The notes under the pieces are model-generated. The model searched no databases, was not told the DNA's origin, and was given only the letters and a program-made list of their open reading frames with translations. From Octopus sinensis (lineage: Eukaryota): a DNA stretch of 64,000 nucleotides. The DNA is taken from positions 61,380,001 through 61,444,000 of the forward strand of contig NC_043000.1 in assembly GCF_006345805.1 (NCBI RefSeq), given 5' to 3'. Numbering within the stretch: the first letter of the stretch is position 1; every line of letters starts with the position of its first letter. The position numbers and the translations under genes are program-made. Shown piece after piece: positions 42,550-55,363 of this stretch.

Positions 42550-43084
42550 GACAGAAGAGAAGTATTGTCAAAGACAGCAGAATGATAGAAGGGGGAATGT
42601 GTGTGTAAGTGTGGATATGTGCGTGCGCGGAGGACTGGTGTGCGTGTGTGTGTGTGTATGTGTGCAATGATGACACGTGTGTGTGTGTGCGCGCGCGCGT
42701 GTGTGTATGTGTGTGTGGTTGTGACTGTAAACAAAGGGCTAGTAGTAAGGCTGGCTAGTTTGTAAGGCTAGTAGAATAAGGAGTGGTGTTTTTGTTCCTG
42801 CCACAGGTCAGTACTGTTTCTTTGAAGTTTGGGTGCGTGGTGAATAACTGTGCTTTACTTAGTGTATGTGTGCGTGTGTGCTTGTACGTGCGTATGTGTG
42901 TATATATGTATGCATAATTGTGTGCGTGTATGTATAACTCTGTGCCGTGTGTATGGGATGTATGTGTAGGTTCATTTGTGTGTGTGTGTATGTATGTGCG
43001 TGCGTGTCGTATGTCCGTGTAGTTGTGTGTGCGTTTGTATGTATGTGTGTGTAAGCGTATATGGATGTATATGCGTGTATCCGC

Positions 43085-43116
<32 letters not shown>

Positions 43117-43314
43117 GTGTACGTGCGTGCGAGTGAATGTATGTATACATGTGCGTGTGTGTACAAATGTAGAGGTTTATATGTGTGTATATATATGTAT
43201 GCACGCACACACGTTATAATTGAAAGATTGATGGAAAAAATTGGTGTGGGTGTATCTGAATCCACAGGCACATACATACATACACTGAAGCACGCCTGCA
43301 ATACAGCCAACCCC

Positions 43315-43349
<35 letters not shown>

Positions 43350-43850
43350 TGTATGTATGTATGTATGTATGTATATGTATGTATGTATGTATGTATGTTT
43401 GTATGTATGTATGTGTGTATGTATGTATGTGTGTGTGTGTGTGAATGTATGCGTGTGTGTGTGTGGTTTTTTGAGTTGTGTGGGCGTAATGTACATGCGT
43501 GTGCTTGTGTGCGTGTGTGCGCTTACGTGCGTGAATGTGTGTGTGTGTGTGTCTAAAGTTATGTGTCTAAAGGCTTGTGTGTCTGTGTATGCTGGATGGG
43601 ATAGGTTATGTTTCTGTGCATTCTTGTGCGTGTGTGTGCCTTTGTGTACGTGTGTGTGTGCACGGGCATATGTTTGTGTGCGCGTGGGTGCGTGGGTGTG
43701 TGTATTTTTGTGTGTGTGTGTGTATGTATATGTGTGGAAGTATGTGTGCGTATATGTGCATGTATGTTGTATGTGTGTGGTGTGTTGGAAGTATGTGTGT
43801 GTTCGTGGATACGAGAGTATGTGTGTGTATGTGTTTCTGTATAAGGGCAA
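42550..43850. repeat. Degenerate (GT/AC)-rich low-complexity tract
   Basis: Mixed GT and GTAT repeats; source of the 150-300 aa pseudo-ORFs in the track. Confidence 0.9.
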
Positions 43851-43992
43851 TAATTTACAAAAACAATAAAATAATAAAAAACAATAAATAATATAAAAGA
43901 CGTAATAGTACGTACGGAAAGGAATGAAAAAAAGGGAAGGAAGAAATAAGAGATAAAAAAAGTCGCTTGTTGCGGGAGGTGGAGCGCAGTCA

Positions 43993-44424
43993 CTAAGAGG
44001 AGGGGGCTATGTTGAGTCCGTACGGGGTATTAGTCTGTAAAGCGAAAATGAACCGTTGCTCCAAGTGAAGCCTGGATTGTGAAGGACCGTTGTGTGGGGC
44101 GAGACCAAACACAGAGATGTCATCGGGGGAATGGCTGCCCGAGCAGAGGTGACGTGCGATGGGAGAATTGGAACCCAGCCGAATATCCCTTAGATGTTCG
44201 GCGAATCGGTCGGCCAACCGGCGTCCCGTCTGTCCTACACACAGCATCCCGCAGAGGTTGCATTTTATGCAATATATGAGACCAGACGAAGTGCACGTAA
44301 AAGAATGTCTAATATGTACAGTTCGCTGGTTGGAACCGGTGACAGCAGTGGTGTTGGTGATGAAGGGGCAGGTGTTGCAGCGGGATCTGGAGCACGGGAA
44401 GGATCCACGTGGGGCTGATATGTC
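43993..44424 (-). mobile_element. Penelope-like element GIY-YIG endonuclease region, open frame of about 143 codons
   Basis: DISAPRGSFPCSRSRCNTCPFI...FTCTSSGLIYCIKCNLCGMLCVGQTGRRLADRFAEH...LEQRFIFALQTNTPYGLN*. PLE-type Cys motifs; LIY...CVG stands in place of GIY...YIG. Confidence 0.92.
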
Positions 44425-44495
44425 TATATATATATATATATATATCTATATATATATCTATATATATATATGTATGAATATATATAATATATAAT

Positions 44496-44582
<87 letters not shown>

Positions 44583-44729
44583 GAATGTATATATATGTTG
44601 CTATATGTATGTAATATGTAATGTATGTAAGATATATATAAATATAGATATATGTGCATGTATATATATATTGTATGTATATGTATAACATAATACATAT
44701 TGTATATGTTTGTATATATAGTAATGTAT

Positions 44730-44936
44730 AAGATATCTGGACTCGACTGAGGAATGAAAACTCCGAATGACCCGTCCTTGTTTTCTTTGTATCGTTTTGT
44801 ATTCCCTATTTCGTATCACCTAATTGTCTGGATGTTTTGCGTTCTTGTCCCATTTTGTATTTTTTATACATACATACATACATACATAACTATATATATT
44901 ATATATATATATATATATATAATATTATATATATAT

Positions 44937-45018
<82 letters not shown>

Positions 45019-45430
45019 GCGCGTACGTACACTTTGGTTTCTTATAGGCTTTATTTCCACATACGCCAGCTTAATTTAATTCGTCTTTAGTCGAAAGCAC
45101 CTTGTTGTTTTGTCCTGTTATTTATATTTGTGTAACATTCCTCGTTTTCCTTTTTCTCAGTCCTTGTTTTTGTATACATTCGCTGCTTTCTTCCAAGGAA
45201 TCTAATGATCTTAGCTTAGATTTTCCTTGGGGCTGGCCATATTGTAGCATTAACGAGTATAACCAGCCGAAATTGCAAAGATAATCTGGAATTCGACTGA
45301 GGAAAGAAAACTGCGAATGAACTGTCCTTGTTTTCTTTGTATCATCTATCTGGATGTTTTGTTGTCTCTTTTTTGTATCACCTAATTGTCTGGATGTTTT
45401 GCGTTCGTGTCCCATTTTGTACTTTCATAT
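44730..45430 (+). repeat. Pair of diverged direct repeats (44730-44880 and 45280-45430), PLE pseudo-LTR-like
   Basis: Shared tcgactgaggaa.gaaaact.cgaatga...gtccttgttttctttgtatc...gtatcacctaattgtctggatgttttgcgttc.tgtcccattttgta. Confidence 0.75.
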
Positions 45431-45561
45431 ATATATATATATATATACATATGTAAGTATATGTATATATAGTGTGTGTATGTATAGTATATATATATGT
45501 ATTCATATATATATATATATATGCATATATATATATGCATATATATATGTATGTATATATA

Positions 45562-45612
<51 letters not shown>

Positions 45613-45774
45613 GCATATAATATATGCATATATATATATATATATGTACATTATATATATAATATATATATGCATATATATATATATATGCATATATATG
45701 TATGTATATATATTTATGTATGTATATACATACAGATATGTGCATGTATGTATATGCATATTTATACATACATA

Positions 45775-46380
45775 GATGTATAGTTAGATCTGAGTTTAAG
45801 GAATTCTTTTACATCGGTGGCACATCATTAATTTCGAAGTGGAAACGAGCAAATCATTTTAATTTATTTAAAGACAAAATCACAAGGACACAAACGAATC
45901 TTAGCAAATTAGTCTGGTCTTTTAAGGACAGTAGCGAGGACTATACGATTATATGGGAGTTAATTTGCACTGCAACATAACACAGACCTCAATTTAATAT
46001 GTTTAGAAAACATTTACAGGATTTGCACATCCAGTGGTAATGTAAAAAATTCTAGACAGGAGCAAGCATTGAGATGCTTGCAGATGAGGAAATTCACATT
46101 TGCCAAGTATAAATGAATAATTATCATTTAAACTATACAAGGCTTTGAAATGTTGGACGAAAACGTTTATCCAATGAGCTTGAAATAGAGATTCTTCGCG
46201 TCTGACTTAACGGACAGATCAGAATTATACAATGCAGAGTTTATAAAAGAATATAATTAAACGGCCATACGAAGCGATATCAAGTTAAGACCCTGAAGAG
46301 ACTTCAAGGTTTTGTAGTACGGTTGCAATTATAATTATTACTAATCGATGCAATTGAAACTTGTGTTGTTCTTAAACGGC
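45775..46380 (+). mobile_element. Second Penelope-like GIY-YIG remnant plus tail
   Basis: Reads [23 protein letters not shown]...TNLSKLVWSFKD...YTIIWELI, matching YIG.T...K.R..NH...F..T.LSK..W.LK...Y.I.W of a different PLE subgroup; ctgaaga...gaaac at 46293-46360. Confidence 0.75.
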
Positions 46381-46454
46381 GGTATATATTTTCAGAATTA
46401 AAGGTAATGCTATTGCTACTTCGGAGTAATCCTTATTCTGATATTCTCAATATA

Positions 46455-46530
<76 letters not shown>

Positions 46531-46534
46531 ATAT

Positions 46535-46631
<97 letters not shown>

Positions 46632-46986
46632 TGTGTGTGTGTGTGTGTATGTGTGTGTGTGTGGTGTGTGTTAATGCTTCGTTAGTTCTAATCGACGCTT
46701 CATTCTATCAGATATTGGAGCTTTCGCCCTGATTGATTGTTCTTGAATTCCCTGCTTTATTTTCCTATAAAATAGCGAATAAGAGGATTTGGAATTCGAA
46801 CTGAAATATGATTGGAATAGAAGAGATAGCGTGGGGAATTTCATTAGATGCTCTAGAAGTTCCGGCGGTCCATTACAATGTTCCTTTATTGAATTTAAGA
46901 AATGGAGAATGAAGTAGAACTCATTTAGAAACTACAGGTACAGCTTAGACTGCGTAGATTAATGCCAATTCGCCTTATACACATAC

Positions 46987-47021
<35 letters not shown>

Positions 47022-47329
47022 CAAAAAAAACAGATATACAGATGAACACGTACACATATATTTAATGTTTTCATTGATTTTAGAATATTTTCAAACGAAA
47101 AATTAATAAACCGCAAACTTTATTTCCGTTTCATATACATATTTTAATAAACTCTACTTTAATTAATACTTTTATATATTTTATATATTGCTGATAAATG
47201 TTTTAAATCCTGTCACATTCTAAATTCTATGAAATTTTACATTGCTTATATATATATATATATATATATAGATGTATATGTATATGTGTATGTGTCTCTC
47301 TGTGTGCGCGCGCGCGTGTGTGTGTGTGT

Positions 47330-47510
47330 GTGTGCCTGTGCGTACAACCGCGTGTAGACTGTTGGCGGTTTTTCCTTATTTTACTTTGGACATTCCTGTT
47401 TCCAATGAAAAGCTATGCTCGAAACGTTAAGCGTCAAATTAATATATTTCTTGTGCACGTCTTTACATACGTTTCTTTCTGTTATTTTTACCTTTTTGTT
47501 TATTTGAATT
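47330..47510 (+). mobile_element. Penelope-like terminal repeat remnant
   Basis: ccaatgaaaagctatgctcGAAACgtt at 47402-47428, a decayed hammerhead-like core with an agc/gct stem. Confidence 0.45.
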
Positions 47511-47703
47511 AACGATATTTTGATATGTATATCAGTGAATAAATACCCATACGTACATGCATATTTTCACACGCAAACATATACGTACATACACACTCAT
47601 ACACACATATATCTATTTATGTGTGTGTGTATATATATGTATATATGTATATATATGCATGTATATATATTTGTATGTATGTATATATATATATATAATT
47701 ATA

Positions 47704-47896
47704 ATTTAGGGTATCTAAGAGAAACCACCACGCTGGAAATAGTAGCAAAATCTTGACTCTAAAACCACATTAAATGTTCATACAACACCAGGAGAGAAGA
47801 CTTCTCTCCTGGTGTTGTATGAGCATTTAATGTGGTTATAGAGTCAAATTTTGACTGCTATTTCCAGCGTGGTGGTGTCTCTTAGATACCCTAAAT
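47704..47896. repeat. Fold-back palindrome, about 96-bp arms, 1-nt centre
   Basis: ...caggagagaag-a-cttctctcctg...; arms run to atttagggtatctaagag / ctcttagataccctaaat with a few mismatches. Confidence 0.95.
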
Positions 47897-47989
47897 CACA
47901 ATTTTAATAATAATTATTACCTTTGAAGGTTTATATTCCCATGCTGGCTACTTGATAAGATCGATATTTAAATTAACGGTCTTATCCTT

Positions 47990-48029
<40 letters not shown>

Positions 48030-48188
48030 GTATATACATATATACTATATACTTGTTTCATTCATTAGAAACCGCGGCCACGCTGGGGAACCGCCTTGAA
48101 GAATTTCATTGAACCAAAGATTATTCAAGGCTGTGCCCCACCATCGGATGCTTACATTCTAATGACTGAACAAACAAGTAAAAAGAAA

Positions 48189-48235
<47 letters not shown>

Positions 48236-49639
48236 GATATATATATTTGCACATAGGTGTATATATGTATGTATATATTTGTGTGAGTGTATGCGTATAC
48301 GTATAGATATTTTTGCACACGTAGATCTTTATATAATGCATATATGTATATACAAACAAATAGAAAAGAGAGAGGCAGAGGGAAATAAGAAGAGATAGAA
48401 AGAAAGAGAGAGAGAGAGAGAGAGCGAGAGCGAGAGAGAGAGCAAGAGTGAGATTGATGCTACCTGAATATGACCTTTTTAGCCTACTCAGCAGGAGTTT
48501 TATTTCCTGCTATTCATAATAAAACTACACCAAACTAGAATCAGATACAACTATTCCGACCATGCTGTAAATTCATACGCAGTTGCAATTGCAATTAAAA
48601 CGCATTAATATCACTTATGCGGTAAGGCTTGTGAGGGTTACGGCAATAGCGCTAACTTCCAGGTCTAAATGAAATAAATAATTTTCAGTTGCACGAGAAA
48701 GATATTCTTTTGTGTTTTACAAAGACTGTTGAGAATAATGCACCAACCGACCTGAAGAAATACACCATTAATATATTTCTATAATTTTCTCCTCTCACAA
48801 GTACAAATACCATCGTATTATAGGGTGGATAAGATCGCACGACTAATTTATTTTCTCAAGAGCATCAATTGCGTATGTTAGAGAAATGGTTTCAGCCGGT
48901 AATCTTTAATGTCATATGATTTAATAATCACATCTGGACTTTAACACTTGCTCTGAGATAATTAATATTTTAACAAATTATTTGCCCAGGCGAGGAGAAT
49001 TCACAAAGTGTTTCTGTGATATCAACAAAAAATGTTTCATAAAAGAACATCAAAGTTAAAAAATAAGCTTCTATAAAATTAGATTATATTGGTCTGTAGG
49101 ACACGTATTTATTAGAAAGATGTAGAGGAGTTATTCGGCCGCAGCATCATATCGATTATAAAAAGATGAAAGGAAATAACTTGGCCAGAGGCGTTTGAAC
49201 GCGAGGAAAATGGAAAACAAAACTAAAGACTGCAACACAACGTCTCTGGCACTCCAGCTAGAAGAATATAAATTCCGAATCTAGGTGGGAAATTCTACCT
49301 TATCACTAGAAAGGCCAGAAATTTTCGGAAAACACAGTCGTTTACGTGACTTCAGTATTTAATTGTTACTGTAGTTTATCCATTCCCGTTGGGGGAAAGA
49401 CAAAGTTAATTTTGAATCAGAATTTAGAGTCGTAGTTAAGTTTCGGGAAGCATTTTGTCAAACGTTCTAATCATTCCGCCGATCCGATGCCTTTCACCAG
49501 TGAAAAGCGTTAGTCTCATTTACTTCAAATAACATACACTCCTTTTGAAAAATAAAGAATATTGAAGAGAGCCTTTGACCATAATTCTACTCAACTTGGG
49601 TTCACTTTGGGCTCCAGAAGAAGTGTAATGATAATCATA

Positions 49640-49826
49640 ATCCTTTCTACTACAGTCACAAGGCCTTAAATTTTGGGGCAGGGGACGAGACAATAGCATC
49701 GACCCCCAGTCCTTAACTGATACTTATTTTATCGATCCTGAAAGTATGAATTCTAAAAGTAAAGACGGACGAAATGCCACTAAGCATTCTGTCCGGCGTA
49801 TTAACGATTCAGCCAGCTTATCGTCT
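49640..49826 (-). mobile_element. SINE family B copy
   Basis: tcgacccccagtccttaactgatacttattttatcgatcc...gacggacgaaatgccactaagcatt...aacgattcagccagct. Confidence 0.8.
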
Positions 49827-50004
49827 TAACAACAACAACAACAACAGCAGCATTAACAACAATAATAATAATAGTAATAACTTGTTTTTCAAATATTGGC
49901 ACAACGCCAGTTGTTGAAGGGAGGAAGCAATCTGATTCCATCGATTTTGAAAGAGTGCAAATAAAAGTTCACCACAGTGGGATTTGTACTCAGAACGCCG
50001 CCGC

Positions 50005-50107
50005 AGAAGAAGAAGAAGAAGAAGAAGAAGAAGAAGAAGAAGAAGAAGAAGAAGAAGAAGAAGAAGAAGAAGAAGAAGAAGAAGAAGAAGAAGAAGAAGA
50101 AGAAGAA
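50005..50107. repeat. (GAA)n microsatellite directly after a SINE B fragment
   Basis: Read directly; preceded by ggatttgtactcagaacg, SINE B in minus orientation. Confidence 0.95.
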
Positions 50108-50214
50108 AAGGGGAGGACAGTGAAGCAGAAGGAAGAGAAGAGCAATAACTGTCAACAAATTATTTTTTTAAGAATGTTAGTTACAGAATGAAATGTATCA
50201 TAGTCAATATACTT

Positions 50215-50390
50215 TTTCTGCGGCACTTCCTCCGTCTTCACGTTATGAATTTAAATTCCGCTGAGGTCAACTTCGCCTTTTATCATTTCGGGTGAATATA
50301 ATAAGTACCAGTTGAGCACTGAGGTCGATATAATCGCCTTACCCACTCACTCGAAATAGCTGGTTTTGTGTCAAAATTTGAAATCAATAT
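50215..50390 (+). mobile_element. SINE family B copy
   Basis: ttccgctgaggtcaacttcgcctttt...ataagtaccagttgagcactgaggtcgatataatcg...aaaatttgaaatca. Confidence 0.8.
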
Positions 50391-52602
50391 TTACTTTCAT
50401 CGAATAAAGAAAGAAACGAAAAGCATTAAGCAGGAAATTACCACAATAATGAAGTTTCTGTCTTGTGCTGATACATTGTCGCATCCATTATCTCACTAAT
50501 TTCATCGCAGGAGTGATGAGAGTCACATCTTCAAATTTCAGAAGTGGGAAAATTCCAAATAATAAAAGAGATTTTCTAACAAACTGAATGACAAATATTA
50601 TCGGATTGTGAATTCTCTTTAATCCGTGTTGGGATGTGAACTCGGAATTTAGAGATCCGTAAGAAATACTGCACAGCGTTTTGTCCCAAGCTCAAACGAT
50701 TCTGCTAATCCAATTTTCTAGTCCTATGATAATTCGAGGATAATGAAGCTGAATGCTTGTTCGAAATTTAGTATCTCTGATGTCTCAGAGATAGATTAAA
50801 CTTCTTATCAAATAAAGATGTATTATCTGGACGGAAGCGCTTAATGACTGCATGATGTGATATCTATCCACTTTCTTGGATAAAATCGGTAGAGATTATC
50901 TGAAAGTTATTGAGAAGAATAACAATAAGGAAGTAATTAGTAGAGATTGCAAAGCCCAGTAGCGATTAGTTACCAAATACACTGACTGAACATCTTTCGT
51001 TGAAGGAGGTCTCACACAGATCAAAGACCACCCTTGGCGGTTCAAAACGCAAACGTAATTTAATCACTGAGAAAACCCCGATAACTCTTATGAGGATAAT
51101 TAAATTATGTTTTATACATTGTGAACACTAATAAATTTCACCGTTTTAAATTATTACGTGAATATTTTAAAGGATAAACATTTCTGAAACAATATTTATT
51201 AACAGAGTATAAAATTATCAATACGACGCGAATTTCATACGGAGAATGAGATGAACGTTCTCCGTATGAAGAAAAATATATATGAAATGAATTATGTCAT
51301 ATTCATGGTCATAAGGTATTGTCTGTTGGCTTCTGTGACATGAATTTATATCCGTTGCAACTAGTTATTCAAGTTTATGGAACAAAACATTTCATATTTT
51401 ATTGATTTCGAAGGTTTTTTTTAACGCAAACAATAACTTCCAATATTTGATAGGGAATTCAGGTGGGGATAGCTAACGAGGGAGCTTGTAAAAGTAGATG
51501 GCAAAATATGATGACTTTTCTTTCCATTTCCATTTCTTTCCATTTCTTTCTTTCTTTCTTTCTCTTTCTTTCTACACGTGTTTGCGTGCAAGTATAACTC
51601 TTGTTTGCTCGTCTCTCTTTCTCATGCACATTTAATATAAATCTTTTCACATAATCATTATTTTCATATCATGGCATTGTCTTAATCTAGAAGGAATTTC
51701 TTCCTGAAGGGAACTTGGGGATTTCAGTGAGGAAATTGATTTTAAGCTGAACAATTCATTATCATTAGTCGTATTGTTTTTGTTTGATTCATTTTCCTTA
51801 ATGTTGATGTTAAATTTCATTAACATTAAGAGTTATACAATAAATTGCAATGTACACAAAGCTACAGCTTCTTCTCATCATATGTGCGGAGGGGAATGAA
51901 AATAGTGAACTAGCAAAGGGGGATAATGTAAGCGTTTGATTTAAGTTTCTAGTCTGAGGATAACTTCTTGTCACATGTGTTGGTGTTTCTGCCTCTAAAT
52001 AAAAAAAAAGAACATCATCCTCACAATGAAAAATAGAACACGCAAAAAATGGGAAGATGATTAATGGCAAATAAAAATACCACTTAAAAGGAGGATATTG
52101 TAAATCTTTTAGGATAAGAGAGAGATAAAGAGCGGGAATGAGAGAGATATATAGTGAAAGAGAAACAGAGTGGGGGAAAGAGAGTTACCTGATTTTGTTC
52201 AGCTCCGGATCAACCGTGTTTGACTAAATCCACTATCAATGACATTCCAGCCGACAACCACTGTCTGGGCATCTTATCTTAATTTTACTTAGGCAGTAGA
52301 CATGATCCAATTTGCTTTTACTTTTTAAAGATAACTGAATCTGACTTGAGAATGATTGGGCTTCTGTTTCTAACAGATCGAGGCAACACAGATTCTCTCT
52401 CCTTGTTTCTACTACTTCATCTTTTTACATGTTGCATTACCCAGTGTGACCGTTCAATGTTAAGGAGAGTAGAGGGTGTTTTAACGGGTATTTGACCGCA
52501 TTTTCTAGTATTTCGATCGTAGAAAACACCTCGTTAGCTTAATTGCTATTTCTTGTGTTTAGGTATAATACATTTACTCGATATGTGTTTCCTCTTTTGA
52601 AG

Positions 52603-52692
52603 AGAGCACAGTTTAAATACGAAAGAATTGGCTGCAATTTGTAGCAAGTTGATATCCTTAAAAACAACGTTTATAAAAGGAAAGTGGAAAAG
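52603..52692 (+). CDS. Candidate 90-nt internal exon (EHSLNTKELAAICSKLISLKTTFIKGKWK)
   Basis: Acceptor tttcctcttttgaag, donor AAG|gtaaga, a single open frame (phase 2-2). Confidence 0.35.
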
Positions 52693-53594
52693 GTAAGATA
52701 TATCAAGAAAAAGAAAAACAAATCGAAGAAATGGAGAATGAAACAATAAAAATACACCCAGAGCAAACTAGAACCTATTAGAATTGTTAAACAACTTACT
52801 TCTAATATATACAGTGATATAGATGTACAACGCGAACAATATGATACTTAATTCAATATTGGTAAAAATAAAAACAACAATGCAACTATGAATATCAATG
52901 TCTATGTATGTGTGTTTAGTGAATAATATGACTTTACCTCAAAGCAATAATTTGTCATATATTCTTATGTATAATTATATAACAAAATTTCTCTCAAGCG
53001 TTTGTGATTGTACGATTCTTCTTTGTTCTGTACATTTATTATAATAGCATTCTGAATTGTCACCCCTTCAATGATCAAATTTTTATCCTTCACGTGCAAA
53101 TACACAACACTTTCGTTAATAATAGATTAGGAAAAATATATTATCTTTTGTGTGAATATTGTACAGTGTTAGAAATCTCGCAAGTAAAGTCTGTTGATGC
53201 AAAATAGTGCAGACATCTCAGTCACAGATTATCATTGTTTTTGCTTTTGTTTTTCATCACAAGACTCTTTTGGAGGCGTATGGTTTCTTGAAGAATATAA
53301 CCGTTAATTTCAATTATTCCTAGAATTCAAAGCAACCCACATCGAGAAAAGGAAGAAAGAACGAGATAAAGTTATGACAAACACCAGCTAAAATGGATTT
53401 CACCGTTAGAAATTTTCAAATACAAATATAGAGGTTGCAAGAAAAGACTTTTCCTCTGTAAACATTCCCTAAACCTCTCTTTAATTAATTTCTTGACTTA
53501 ATTACTTTTCTTCATATCACGACTTATATCTCCATATAAGTATTCACTTATATTTTCTCCAAATTTATGGGGGATATTCTCCTAATTGGAAATC

Positions 53595-53870
53595 AGGAAC
53601 TTGCGTGGCTTTGTGATAAGAGGCTTGCTTCCCAACCACATGGTTCCGGATTCAGTCTCACTGCGCGGTACCGCATGAAGCCTGTCATATATACAGATAG
53701 ATAGATACACACACACACATACACATATGTGTGCGTGCTTCTGTTTTTGTCCCCTCATCACCGCTTAACAATCGGTGTAGGTGTGTTTGCCTTCCCATAA
53801 CATATAGGTTGGCAAGAGAAACCGATACAAATAAGTTCCGCCGCCAAATGACTAAAACAAATAAAATATA
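53595..53870 (+). mobile_element. SINE family A, old internally deleted copy
   Basis: tggctttgtgataagaggcttgcttcccaaccacatggttccggattcagtc... then microsatellite, then the 3' module. Confidence 0.75.
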
Positions 53871-54254
53871 TTCAAAAGCAGAAAAGTTTATTCAGAATAT
53901 ACGTATGTATATAATTTAAAAGTGTTGTGTGTTGTAATTACTGTTTAATTCATGATTATTACCGATTGAACAAAACTAAAGCCAAAGGTGTTACAGAAAT
54001 AGCCATCCTGTGTTATGGGTATGTATACATAATCTAATAAACACTTTTTTTTAACGGTTGGGTGTTTAAAGGTTTGTTTGCTATTGTTTCTTATAAATAT
54101 ACGAAAGACATTGACGCCTCCTCTAAGTTCTGTAGATACATAAGAAAACTAGGAAGTAAATGACAAGATGGAATCGAAAAGATCTTTTTGTTCATATCTT
54201 CATGTAATTTTCACTAAACGAAAATTTCACTTTCAACTATAAGTTGTGCGTATG

Positions 54255-54590
54255 AAGGAGCATGGTTCAGTGGTTAGAGCGTCGGGCTCACTATTATGAG
54301 GTAGTGAGTTCGATTCCCGGACCGAGCTGTGTGTTGTGTTCTTGAGAAAGACACATTATTTCAAGTTACTCCAGTTTACCCATCTATAGAAATGAGCTGC
54401 GACGTCACTGATGCCAAGCTGAATTGTCCTTTGCCTTTCCCTTGAACAACATCACTGGCGTGGAGATAGCAGGCTGGTATGCAAGGGTGATCTATAACCA
54501 ACTTCACCGAGACTTGTGCATCGGAGGGGAACTTTCTAGGTGCAATCCCATGATCATTCATGATTGAAGGGGGTCTTCACCCTTTGCCAA
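54255..54590 (+). mobile_element. tRNA-headed SINE, family C
   Basis: A-box-like tggttcagtgg, B-box-like gttcgattccc, central ttgtgttcttgagaaagacac block, tail ending gggggtcttcaccc. Confidence 0.8.
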
Positions 54591-54792
54591 CTATGCCTAC
54601 ACAGTCAATTATGCATGAAAATCAATTCTGCTGGTAGTCACTTCTGATTTTATTTTTTGGCATAGTTAAACCTTTAGTAGAACCGAGCAAGAAATCGTTT
54701 CTTTCTTATTCTGCTATTGAAACTAACGAACTTCGATTAATCAAGTTCATTATTTAAGGTGTACAAATTGAGCATCGTTTCAGTCTACTGAC

Positions 54793-55164
54793 TCAACAGT
54801 TGAGTTGCACAGAGGATATTTCATTGACGTGTATACAAAGGCGATTTAGAAGATCGCTTCGTAACTCAATTGAACCCCATTGCCGGACATCGGGCAATTT
54901 CCTTCTTCCAAAGTCGATGAAGAAGTTTTGAATGACATTTGGTAAATGGAAATTTTGAGCAAATTCCTCCGAAGTGTAGATCCTTTTCCCAGGAGGTAGA
55001 CCAAATCGCTCGTTCATGTTAAAATCACTTATTGGTGATTGGGTGCAACTGGTAGAATCGAATCTTTGCAGGTATTTAGACCAACTGTCTGGCCAAAGGA
55101 TACCACTGCCCATCCTCATGTTAATCTTACTTTCAAAGATGATATGAGTATAGCCCTTCCTTCT
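54793..55164 (-). CDS. Probable 3'-terminal coding exon of an unidentified gene (123 aa, RRKGYTHIIFESK...SSVQLNC*)
   Basis: Acceptor ttatttaatcag, stop-free complex protein-like frame, TGA, and AATAAA about 140 nt downstream (54654-54649). No TE motif or protein family recognised. Confidence 0.65.
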   Translation of the reverse strand, partial: RRKGYTHIIFESKINMRMGSGILWPDSWSKYLQRFDSTSCTQSPISDFNMNERFGLPPGKRIYTSEEFAQNFHLPNVIQNFFIDFGRRKLPDVRQWGSIELRSDLLNRLCIHVNEISSVQLNC

Positions 55165-55328
55165 CTGATTAAATAATTGAATAATAAACATTAAAAAGAC
55201 AAATTTGAGGAATATTTATCGAAGAAGCACTTGGTAGACTGATTTATACTTACTACAGCTCAGTATGTCACACAAGGTGTGTATGTCTGTGAATGTTTCG
55301 GTGTGTTTGGGTCTGTGCATGTGTATGA

Positions 55329-55363
<35 letters not shown>

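Noticed and set aside
42755-43993. Long ORFs up to 297 aa rich in C/V/Y or H/T
   Set aside because: Translations of degenerate GT/AC repeats, which lack stops in several frames. The same applies to YI, MYVC, HT and LSIY ORFs throughout the window.
44079-44494. Three plus-strand ORFs
   Set aside because: Shadows of the minus-strand GIY-YIG frame.
49955-50191. Poly-glutamate ORF (and antisense poly-Phe ORF)
   Set aside because: It is a (GAA)n microsatellite attached to a SINE fragment.
54255-54330. tRNA gene (also considered at 14400-14462, 19640-19700 and 38685-38730)
   Set aside because: A- and B-box-like motifs are present, but I could not build a cloverleaf, and each continues into a repeated SINE body.
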